From assembly GCA_965217585.1 (NCBI GenBank), contig OZ244561.1:6848001-6912000 (forward strand): a DNA stretch of 64,000 bases, given 5' to 3'. Below, one piece after another: positions 18,920 through 27,243 of the stretch. The DNA comes from Candidatus Latescibacterota bacterium. Lineage in GTDB: Bacteria; Latescibacterota; UBA2968; UBA8231. The notes under the pieces are model-generated. The model worked only from the letters and a program-made list of their open reading frames with translations, made no database searches and was not told where the DNA came from. The position numbers were made by a program, and so were the translations under genes. Every line of letters starts with the position of its first letter. Within the stretch, counting starts at the first letter, position 1.

Positions 18920-20809
18920 TCAGTACACAAGCGCAACCGACACTACCTCCACAAAGGTGTCCGTCTGGCTATCCACGCGGACAGAGCAGAGGTACAGGCC
19001 CGGGGGCACTAGGCGGCCGGTGTTGTTCCGCCCATCCCATTCCACCCGGTGACTTCCCCTGGGCATGGCTTGGTTTAGCAGTTCGCGCACTTTTTCGCCG
19101 CTGAGGTCGTAGATCGCCAGCCGCACCGGAATCGCCTCAAAGGCTTGAAATATCGCGAAGGAAATATCCGCGCTATCATTGACTCCATCCCCGTTGGGTG
19201 TGAACGGGTTGGAGCCGATCCCGACATTGCCGAGAATGGTGCCGAGGGAACTCTTCTTGGCCTCTACCAGCAACTCACCGCTCCTCGCCTCCTGTACCTT
19301 TTGGCCGAACGCGGCTTGCTCCTCCGAGGCAAATACCTCGCTGGAAAAGGTGTGGCCGAATTCCAAGAGCGCACTGGTGAAGATCACCTCCACCGAATCG
19401 CTCTCCTCCGACACCCTTGAAGCGGGATCGAGGAGCTGAATACTGATAACCCCGTCTTCTTGTTCTATTTTCAATTCCCCCACAGGTACCTCGGTCTGTC
19501 CCACCCGCACTGTTGTCACCTCGGTGCCTGCCGAGGTGGCAATTTGCACCATGTCGAATCCCACATCCCCATCCGCAAATGTGGGGCTGATGGTGTAGCG
19601 GAACTCTGTTTCGGCGCCGAGTTCCACATCCTGGCGCGGCGCAATACGGCCCATCAGTTGCTGCGCGAGGAGGGGATACTGAAACTGGATCCCCAAGGAA
19701 TCCATGGCTGCTCCATAGTCGGGTGACAGGGTTGTCATGGACGCCCGCACCTGGAGGAATCTACGCGGCCCGAGGGTCGCAATCCGCCCGCCGCTGTGGG
19801 CGTATGGGAGCGACCACGTGGTCCAGTTTTCCAGATCTCCGCGCACGCTTCCCCGCGCATCGGTGGGCAGCTCTTCCCATTCATCCTGGGCCTGTGCGTC
19901 GGTGGCGGCCTGGATCGGCACCTCCACACCAAACTCATTGATGCGATTGTACACCCGGGTCGTCCTGTCTTCGCCGACCCGGGTCTGTATGCTCAACGCC
20001 GATCCCGGTTCCAGATTGCTTCCCCAAATTATGTCGCCGAGATTCGCCACGGCACCCAGATCCAGCACCTTGGAGAGGAAAGATCCCCGCTTCACGAACC
20101 CGCTACCCCTGACCTCAATCTGGTCGATTTCAAAGGGCTGGGCAGACGAACTCCTCAGTTTCAGGAAGCGCACATGCTGGGCTGCGAATTGCACGGTGGT
20201 CTCTTGATTGACGTTGCGCGGTACAGCGCGCACCAGACTGTAGATCGGCAGCCCCTCCTCGTTCAGGGTTTCCGGCGACCCATCGTTTACGGACAGCTCG
20301 AAACCCTTCATATACAGATCGCGGTGGGCGCCAAAGCTCAGGGGATAGAACTTGAACTCGTCGACTGGAAACGCGCTTCCGAGGTCGATGAAAATTATGA
20401 CCCCGTTGTTGTTGCGCTCCCGGTTGAAGGCATTGAAGGAGGTTGAGTCGCGTTTTCCATCGGCGACCCTCAGCAGATCAAAATTCTCACCAAAACTACC
20501 GTTGGGTGTCCAGATTCGGGCATCGCCCGGCTGGAAATCCGCACTGGTGGGATCTCTTCCGGCAAATAAACGGCTGTCATTAAACAGCCGGTTCAGGATG
20601 TTCTGCTCCTGTTTCGTCCTTTCCAGCTGAATCCACCCCGGAGTCGTCGCGTCGTCCAGGCCCCTTAGCTCTCCGTCTTCGATCCAGGCCCGCCCGCCCC
20701 CGCCGACCACGAGGGTATCCACGACGGCGACGGCGGGCCGGACCGCCAGGAAGCCAACGCCAATCAGGATGGTCCCCGATTTTATGAATTGCCGCCAATG
20801 AGCGACCAT
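18920..20809 (-). CDS. Secreted protein with TPNGDG/FlgD-Ig C-terminal domain (paralog)
   Basis: Signal peptide; IDLG, SKVLDLG, WTTWS and PRRF motifs shared with its neighbour; tail PFTPNGDGVND...WDGRN...PGLY. Confidence 0.85.
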   Translation of the reverse strand: MVAHWRQFIKSGTILIGVGFLAVRPAVAVVDTLVVGGGGRAWIEDGELRGLDDATTPGWIQLERTKQEQNILNRLFNDSRLFAGRDPTSADFQPGDARIWTPNGSFGENFDLLRVADGKRDSTSFNAFNRERNNNGVIIFIDLGSAFPVDEFKFYPLSFGAHRDLYMKGFELSVNDGSPETLNEEGLPIYSLVRAVPRNVNQETTVQFAAQHVRFLKLRSSSAQPFEIDQIEVRGSGFVKRGSFLSKVLDLGAVANLGDIIWGSNLEPGSALSIQTRVGEDRTTRVYNRINEFGVEVPIQAATDAQAQDEWEELPTDARGSVRGDLENWTTWSLPYAHSGGRIATLGPRRFLQVRASMTTLSPDYGAAMDSLGIQFQYPLLAQQLMGRIAPRQDVELGAETEFRYTISPTFADGDVGFDMVQIATSAGTEVTTVRVGQTEVPVGELKIEQEDGVISIQLLDPASRVSEESDSVEVIFTSALLEFGHTFSSEVFASEEQAAFGQKVQEARSGELLVEAKKSSLGTILGNVGIGSNPFTPNGDGVNDSADISFAIFQAFEAIPVRLAIYDLSGEKVRELLNQAMPRGSHRVEWDGRNNTGRLVPPGLYLCSVRVDSQTDTFVEVVSVALVY

Positions 20810-21519
20810 TCTTTAACTTTCTCCACCTCGCGCTCAAACCTGTACACGGCATTCAGGGTACGGGTCGGCCGGCCCGCATAATCGAAGCGGACGACGATAT
20901 CATTTACGAAGACGGTTATCTGCTGGACCTCTTCGTGCAGCCGGGGGAATACCACAAAACCGCTGTCTTCCTGCCCGCTGAATACCGGCTCCTTCTTGTA
21001 CAGGGTCCGCCGTAGGAGATCCACCCGCCGCTGGAACAGACGGTGGAAGGCATTCCCCGCATAGCCCTGGGCGAGCGGATAGTAATACTGCTCGAGCAGC
21101 GCCAGCGAAAACGGCTCGTACATACGGCCACTTGCCGATCTGACTCCGATATTCAGCGGATCCACGATGACTTTTGGAAATTCGTAGTTCTTTACGCTCA
21201 GCAGCAGTACGGTGAAAAGACCGGGGGGTTCCTCCCGGTCCGGTGGTTTGAAGTCCCCCAGGGTGTACGGATTGGAGGACTTGTTGCCGCTCCTGGAGTA
21301 CTGCTCAAACTGCCTGTTCAATTCCCGATCGGTGAACACCCGGACCCCCACCTCCAGCCTGCCCTCTGTGAAGATCACCGTTCCGTTGTCGAGGACATTG
21401 ACATCCGCGCTCTGGTGCTTCGAATCCACCGGTTGCAGAGCGCCGAAGGAAAGCTGGTACGAGCAGCCCGACAGCAGAGCGGGGACGAGTCCACAGTAGA
21501 GAAGTTTTTTGAGTTCCAT
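20782..21519 (-). CDS. Hypothetical lipoprotein
   Basis: Lipobox LLSGC; overlaps the downstream gene start by 28 bp. Confidence 0.75.
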   Translation of the reverse strand: MELKKLLYCGLVPALLSGCSYQLSFGALQPVDSKHQSADVNVLDNGTVIFTEGRLEVGVRVFTDRELNRQFEQYSRSGNKSSNPYTLGDFKPPDREEPPGLFTVLLLSVKNYEFPKVIVDPLNIGVRSASGRMYEPFSLALLEQYYYPLAQGYAGNAFHRLFQRRVDLLRRTLYKKEPVFSGQEDSGFVVFPRLHEEVQQITVFVNDIVVRFDYAGRPTRTLNAVYRFEREVEKVKEWSLIGGNS

Positions 21520-21545
21520 CCACCGTACTCGCGGTCCAAAATAGA

Positions 21546-21596
21546 AAACGGCAGGCGGGAATAGCGACGTAAAACCCCGTGTCCCACCTGCCGTTT
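21546..21596 (-). terminator. Intra-operon stem-loop / terminator
   Basis: aaacggcaggcggga ... tcccacctgccgttt 15-bp stem, running into TTTTCTATTTT on the minus strand. Confidence 0.7.
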
Positions 21597-21614
21597 ATTG
21601 GTTGTGCGGCTTAT

Positions 21615-22493
21615 TTATTCAGAGCCGAAAGCCGCCTTGATCCGTCCCCAGGTCCGCGCTTCGGTCGCGGTGGGGATCTCGGCCTCGGTGTCGGCTACGG
21701 ACACTAGGAGCACGTCGCTGGCATTTTCTCCCTGGGTGGCCAGATCCCCGAGCCGCCAGGCCACCTCGTCCTTGGGATCCTCGGTGTCCTGGTCCTCAAT
21801 GGTCATGCCGAGACCAATCACCTCGCCGGCAGTCAAGGTGTGCACTGCGGAGGCGTCCGGGCCGTCGAAGGACAACTCGTCGTAGGTGATCTGGGCGATC
21901 TCAAAGGTCCAGTCGTTGTCTATGGTTTCCCCCGCCTGGAACATCTGCGGCTCATCCGTCACCCACTTCAGCGGACCTGGTTCGACGCCAGACCCCTCGA
22001 TCTGCCAGAACACGACGATTTTCTCGTCCGGGGTCCAGCCAAACTGCTGGGCCCTCCGGGAATCGTTACCCTCCTGGCCAAAGTCGGGGTCGGCGCTGTG
22101 GTCGGCGTCCAAGAGCCACATGTAGTTGTCTTCGGCGAAGGACACCGAGTAGTCCTCTGCCCGCGAAAACTGCAGGTCGTCTATGATGCGACCTACGTGG
22201 TAGAGCATGTTGGTTTCGGGGCTCCAAGCCAAGAAGAACAGCACATCGAAGTCGTCTCGCGGGGTACTGCCGCTGGAGACACCGTCCGATACTACGCCCG
22301 GCCATGGACTGCTCATGGTCCAGGTGAAGGTGTCGGGCATCCAGGCCCAGTCCGAGATGTCGCCGTCGAACTGGATCTGCGCGAGCTTGTCCGACGGAAT
22401 CCCAGCCGCAAAGGCCTCGAATCCAGCGGGAGTGTGCGCCGCACTATGGGTGACCCATCCCGTCAGGATGAGCATGGCGATACTGAGTCTCAT
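21615..22493 (-). CDS. Secreted acidic protein, CBM9/DOMON-like fold, with C-terminal TWGRIK motif
   Basis: AGGAGG RBS; signal peptide; FDGDISDW ... WTFEIA ... GEVIGL pattern typical of CBM9-like domains; tail PTATEARTWGRIKAAF. Confidence 0.8.
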   Translation of the reverse strand: MRLSIAMLILTGWVTHSAAHTPAGFEAFAAGIPSDKLAQIQFDGDISDWAWMPDTFTWTMSSPWPGVVSDGVSSGSTPRDDFDVLFFLAWSPETNMLYHVGRIIDDLQFSRAEDYSVSFAEDNYMWLLDADHSADPDFGQEGNDSRRAQQFGWTPDEKIVVFWQIEGSGVEPGPLKWVTDEPQMFQAGETIDNDWTFEIAQITYDELSFDGPDASAVHTLTAGEVIGLGMTIEDQDTEDPKDEVAWRLGDLATQGENASDVLLVSVADTEAEIPTATEARTWGRIKAAFGSE

Positions 22494-22625
22494 GATGGCC
22501 TCCTGTGTCGTTGAGTGCTGCGTATAGTTCCAACCTTATCCACTGCCACTTATTTTCATTTTTTTTCGGCTTTCACCCCCTTTCTATCATACATGAGATG
22601 GCGCTTGTACATGGCTCCCTGTTGT

Positions 22626-23108
22626 CTACAGGACTCGCTCCATGATGTATCTATCGACCGCTCCCTCAGGGGTATCGTTGCGCACCCGCACAATCACGTT
22701 TCCGTCCACCCGCACAATTATGGTTTCGTCTAGCGTCGGATACACGCTCAGTCTTATGCTGATCTCCATGCCGCCCGGGAGCACTCTGCCCAGCAGGTCG
22801 TGCCGGGCACCGGGGGCCGGCACCCTCTCGTACACCAGTCTCTCGGGGGGATTGCCTTCCACCTGAGTGCTTATCACAATGCCTCCCAGTCCCCCCAGTC
22901 CCTCCGCACTCTGGTCAAAAATCAGAAAAACGCTCCCGTCCTCAAAACCGGCACCGGCGCTACTCGAGAAACACCCGTAGCTCATGCCCAGCAGAACGAC
23001 GGCGACAGCGCCGACCCAGGTCTGCCGTGGCCCCGATCTTAGGATGCCCTCATTTTGCGCTCTGTTTCGACCTGCCAAAGGACCACGGCCCGTGACCTTT
23101 CGACGCAT
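22626..23108 (-). CDS. Hypothetical (lipo)protein
   Basis: Hydrophobic segment ending SYGC; start uncertain. Confidence 0.5.
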   Translation of the reverse strand: MRRKVTGRGPLAGRNRAQNEGILRSGPRQTWVGAVAVVLLGMSYGCFSSSAGAGFEDGSVFLIFDQSAEGLGGLGGIVISTQVEGNPPERLVYERVPAPGARHDLLGRVLPGGMEISIRLSVYPTLDETIIVRVDGNVIVRVRNDTPEGAVDRYIMERVL

Positions 23109-23231
23109 CTACTGACTCCAGTGCATGTACCGCGGTTCACGTTTTCTTAGATATTATACTGTCCTCCCCAAGTCGCAACAAGGCCAATATTCTATATATG
23201 ATATGGTGTTAGAGTTGTCGCGTTATAGGCC

Positions 23232-23259
23232 AAAACGCATCCTCGCGCCCGACACAAGG
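23232..23259 (+). repeat. 28-bp direct repeat, right copy
   Basis: aaaacgcatcctcgcgcccgacacaagg; matches 10434-10461. Confidence 0.8.
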
Positions 23260-23419
23260 TCGGCAGTCCGTGCCTATCCTTTGAGGGTGGTATCGGCTCC
23301 ACGCTCGTGCGCTTGACCCGGTCTTTTTCCCTTGTTTTTCTCTTATAGAAGCGAGTAAGCGATCCCACCTGCTGGAGTGGCATCGAACCCCACTACTCAG
23401 AAAGTACGCATCATGCCTG

Positions 23420-24925
23420 ATGATTATGGAATCACCACTGCAACCTGGGACAACTCCAAGGGGCACGTTTTTATCCGACATGGTAAGCAAGCTAATGACA
23501 CAGCCTTTTGACGCAGCGAATTGGCTCGGCCGGCTAGCAGCAGCGCTTGAGGATGTTGCGGCAAACGCGAGACCCTCTTTCCCCTTTTCGCCAGAGACCC
23601 CACACTATGGCCCGCTAGACGAATACTGGTCGAGTATCCGCCGACAATACCGGGATCTCGCCGCTCGCGCAAAACACGATCCCGCCGCCGCGAAGATCTT
23701 CGCAGAATCCCACCTCTGGCTCAAGTCCGATCCTGCAGCAGCAAGGGCAATCCTACGGGAGCATCCCTTGCTACGACCGGGACTGATAGGTTTTGGAAAA
23801 CGCGAAGGGGTCGGCTTCACGCTTTCCACGCACGACTGGTTCTACGTCGATCTGAAGTCCCTCGTATCCCATCTGGCCAAACGCGCTATGAAGGATAGCG
23901 GGGAGCAGACAGCGAAACTGCTGCACCGCTACCTGACGGCCGGAGAGGACACAAATCTCCCGGCATCCGAGATCACGCTCTTGCACGGCTTGAAACTCGA
24001 CCGGCGCTTCGATCTTGGCAGCGAAGCCTATCTGGCACCCTACGAGGACGCCAAGGCGACGTACGGCCTGCCCGACGAACCCGAGAAGCGGCTTAACGAC
24101 GCTGGCCGAAACCCAAGTCGGTCGAACCGTCCCGTGAGCACTACTGTGCTCGTGCGTGGTCTAAGTTGGGGGCCAGGCGTCGCACCCCCTCCGGACGATG
24201 ACGATTCTTCCAATAAGTCCCGCCGATCTTGCGCCCCGAAAGTCAAGTACCGCTTTCCCGGCGACTACGAGATCGACCTTGCGGATCGATTTCCCGACGA
24301 CAACAAAGTCCTAGTGGATCTGCTGTCGATCGCAACGAGGAGTCCGCTGATCTCCCACACGAGCTTTGTCCGCGTCGCCAAGTGGGTAGAGGAGCTTGAT
24401 CCCAACTTCGCGTTCAGTTCTCGTAGCGCCTCCGCCTCCTTGCCCGACGCATCGCCCAAGGAACACCAACTCTGCCAGCATGACGCGGCAGCTTTCGTTA
24501 CATTGGCCAGCCGCTGGTGCGCTTATCGAGGCAGGCGCGATGTTATCGACATTGCGATCCGTCGGCTCGCCGCCTCTTTCGCCCGGGTCGGCGGGCCATT
24601 TAGTACGGAGGACCGAATCCTCGACGTCTCCATCGCCTTGGAGATCATGTACGGTCCAATCAAACAAAAACTGACCCACCAACTGGCGACCCGGGCAGAA
24701 CGACTGCTCGGCCCAAGCACCGACCAACGCGGCTGGATATCCAACAGAGTAAAGTCCTTCTATGGAGTCCGTTCGGCCATCGTGCATGGGCAAAAGAAGA
24801 TCAAAGGCGGCCGACGCGCTATCGACGAGGTGCTGGAGGACGGTCGCGATCTAGCTTGCCTCACGCTCTCAGAATTGCTATCCCGAGGGCCAGTAAGGGA
24901 TTGGGACAAGCTCGCGGACGCGTGA
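23420..24925 (+). CDS. HEPN-domain protein (ApeA-like), putative RNase/defence protein
   Basis: C-terminal IALE...LATRA...FYGVRSAIVHG with an RxxxxH motif; true start may be 23480 or 23495. Confidence 0.7.
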   Translation: MIMESPLQPGTTPRGTFLSDMVSKLMTQPFDAANWLGRLAAALEDVAANARPSFPFSPETPHYGPLDEYWSSIRRQYRDLAARAKHDPAAAKIFAESHLWLKSDPAAARAILREHPLLRPGLIGFGKREGVGFTLSTHDWFYVDLKSLVSHLAKRAMKDSGEQTAKLLHRYLTAGEDTNLPASEITLLHGLKLDRRFDLGSEAYLAPYEDAKATYGLPDEPEKRLNDAGRNPSRSNRPVSTTVLVRGLSWGPGVAPPPDDDDSSNKSRRSCAPKVKYRFPGDYEIDLADRFPDDNKVLVDLLSIATRSPLISHTSFVRVAKWVEELDPNFAFSSRSASASLPDASPKEHQLCQHDAAAFVTLASRWCAYRGRRDVIDIAIRRLAASFARVGGPFSTEDRILDVSIALEIMYGPIKQKLTHQLATRAERLLGPSTDQRGWISNRVKSFYGVRSAIVHGQKKIKGGRRAIDEVLEDGRDLACLTLSELLSRGPVRDWDKLADA

Positions 24926-24994
24926 GAATAACTCTCGCCAAGCAGGTAGCAATTAACTTCTGCCCGCTATCAATACCTTCAATGGAGATACGAG

Positions 24995-27217
24995 ATGGGA
25001 ACTAGCAGACTTTTTTCTTTATCGTTCCTAATCCTATTTTTTATCGCAACCAACTCACCTGCACAAGACGCAAAGGTCGATTTTTCCGGGGTTTGGTATC
25101 TACAGAAGGACAGGAGTGAACCCTCCGATATCGGCGGCCGGATGGCTTCTCTTAAGCTCGTCGTTATCCAAGAGCAAGACGATATAGCGATCGACCGAAT
25201 GTATAATAGCTTCACCGTCTATGAAAACTTCCCCCTCGATGGCACAGAAATCCCATCCGAATTCAGAAACTCCCCGCGCCTATCCAAAGCCAACTGGAGC
25301 GCAGACGGACAAAGCCTCCTCATCGCAGCCAAAACCACCTTTCGTCGCCGAGGCAATGAATTCGAAGTCGCTACGAGCGAAACGTGGAGTCTGCAAGAAG
25401 ACGGGCAAGTATTAGCCATCGAGTATGCATCCACTTCCCCCCGGCGCGAGACCAAAGCAACACTGATCTACACCCAAGACGAACCCGTGGGTCCGCGAGA
25501 ATTCATACCGCCAAATTTCAACTTTTATTCGATCAACCCAAGCCGCAAAGCAAAATCATTGGGCTGGGCCCAAGAACGCGTCGCGGAGGATCTCGGACGC
25601 GGCATGGTGGCCATCACCAGCGGCGAGGGCCAGATCTACTTGGGCTGGCGGTTGCGCCAACAAGACCCCGAGGACATCGCCTTCAACGTCTATCGCGCGA
25701 CCAACGGCGGCAAAGCCATAAAACTCAATACTGCACCTCTAAAAGAAACTACGGATTTCGCAGACGCTACGGCTCCCCTAGATCGGCAGAACACTTGGTG
25801 GGTACGGCCGATTATAGCAGGGCAGGAACAACAGCAGGAGGCGACCGCGTCCGCCACGTTGCTGGCCAATGCTCCCGCGCGACAATACATCTCAATCAAG
25901 CTGCGCGACGACTTGCCCGAAGACGGAATCCACAAAATCGGCATCGGCGACCTCGATGGCGACGGCGAATACGATTTCGTCGTCAAGCGCCCCAGGGGCC
26001 GGGTGGATCCGGGCATTCCGCGCCCCAGCCCGGACACCTTCAAAGTTGAAGCGTATAAACGCGACGGGACCTATCTATGGCGCAACGACTTGGGCTGGTC
26101 CATCGAGCTGGGTACCTGGACCTCGCCGATGATCGTGTACGATTTCAACGGCGACGGCAAAGCCGAGGTTGCCCTGAAGACCGGCGAGGGGGATCCGCGC
26201 GGAGCCAGCGAGCGCATCCTCACCGGACCAGAATACTGCTCCGTCTGGAATGGCGAGACCGGTGCGGAAATCGCCAAAGTAGCTTGGATCGCACGGGGCA
26301 AACCCAGCGATTGGGGCGACGACGTGGGCAACCGCATGAACCGCAATATGCTGGGCGTGGCCTACCTCGACGGCAAAACCCCCAGCCTGCTCGTACTGCG
26401 CGGGATCTACGGCCTGATGAAAGTAGAAGCCTGGCTTTTACAAGACGCACAACTCGATAAAGCCTGGAGCTGGACCAACGAAAGCGCCGGCTGGAAGTAC
26501 CAGGGTCAGGGGCAGCACAGTATTCACGTCGCCGATATTGACAATGACGGTCGCGACGAAATCCTCAACGGCTCGCTGGCCATCGACAACGACGGCCGCA
26601 CTATGTGGAGCACCGGCTTGGGCCACGGGGACCGGTTCTACGTAACGGATATAGATCCCGAGCGCCCCGGCCTCGAAGTGTGGTACAGCTATGAGGACCC
26701 CCACCCGCAGAACGGGGTCAGTCTCTGGGACGCTCACACCGGCAACCTCATTTTCGGCACCGACAGCGAAACGATCGACAACGAGATCGACCGCGCCCTC
26801 GTCGGCGACATTGACCCCGCCTATCCGGGTATGGAAGTCTGGGCGGACCGCTTTTTTTATACGGCCAAGGGCGAAACCATCCCAGGGAACATCCCGCCGC
26901 TGGATGGTCTAGTCTGGTGGGATGCCGACCCGCTGCGCGAACTACAAACCCGAGGCCGCGTCTCCAAGTGGCAGGGTCCAGTTCTGACCAGCGATATCGA
27001 GGGTAGTGTGATGGCCTGGGCCGATATCCTCGGCGACTGGCGCGAAGAGATTATAACCTATACCTCTGGAGAACTGCGCATCTACACCACGATCATACCA
27101 GCCATCGACCGCCGCGTCTGTCTTATGCAAGATCCACTCTATCGGATCGACGTGGCTTTAAAGGCGATGGGGTACGACCAAGTACCGATGACTAGTTATT
27201 ATCTCGGCAGCGACTGA
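24995..27217 (+). CDS. Rhamnogalacturonan lyase (PL11, YesW/YesX-like) with an extra N-terminal beta domain
   Basis: L.RGMVA...YLGWR...FNVYR; GDLDGDGEYD; VYDFNGDGKAEV; VAYLDG; GQGQHS; GHGD; LMQDPLYR. Confidence 0.88.
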   Translation: MGTSRLFSLSFLILFFIATNSPAQDAKVDFSGVWYLQKDRSEPSDIGGRMASLKLVVIQEQDDIAIDRMYNSFTVYENFPLDGTEIPSEFRNSPRLSKANWSADGQSLLIAAKTTFRRRGNEFEVATSETWSLQEDGQVLAIEYASTSPRRETKATLIYTQDEPVGPREFIPPNFNFYSINPSRKAKSLGWAQERVAEDLGRGMVAITSGEGQIYLGWRLRQQDPEDIAFNVYRATNGGKAIKLNTAPLKETTDFADATAPLDRQNTWWVRPIIAGQEQQQEATASATLLANAPARQYISIKLRDDLPEDGIHKIGIGDLDGDGEYDFVVKRPRGRVDPGIPRPSPDTFKVEAYKRDGTYLWRNDLGWSIELGTWTSPMIVYDFNGDGKAEVALKTGEGDPRGASERILTGPEYCSVWNGETGAEIAKVAWIARGKPSDWGDDVGNRMNRNMLGVAYLDGKTPSLLVLRGIYGLMKVEAWLLQDAQLDKAWSWTNESAGWKYQGQGQHSIHVADIDNDGRDEILNGSLAIDNDGRTMWSTGLGHGDRFYVTDIDPERPGLEVWYSYEDPHPQNGVSLWDAHTGNLIFGTDSETIDNEIDRALVGDIDPAYPGMEVWADRFFYTAKGETIPGNIPPLDGLVWWDADPLRELQTRGRVSKWQGPVLTSDIEGSVMAWADILGDWREEIITYTSGELRIYTTIIPAIDRRVCLMQDPLYRIDVALKAMGYDQVPMTSYYLGSD

Positions 27218-27243
27218 TTGATCCCCGAAGTGGAGATAAGTAG

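Noticed and set aside
16524-20809. Flagellar hook-capping (flgD) genes
   Set aside because: Only the C-terminal Ig-like module resembles FlgD; the proteins have Sec signals and there are no flagellar genes.
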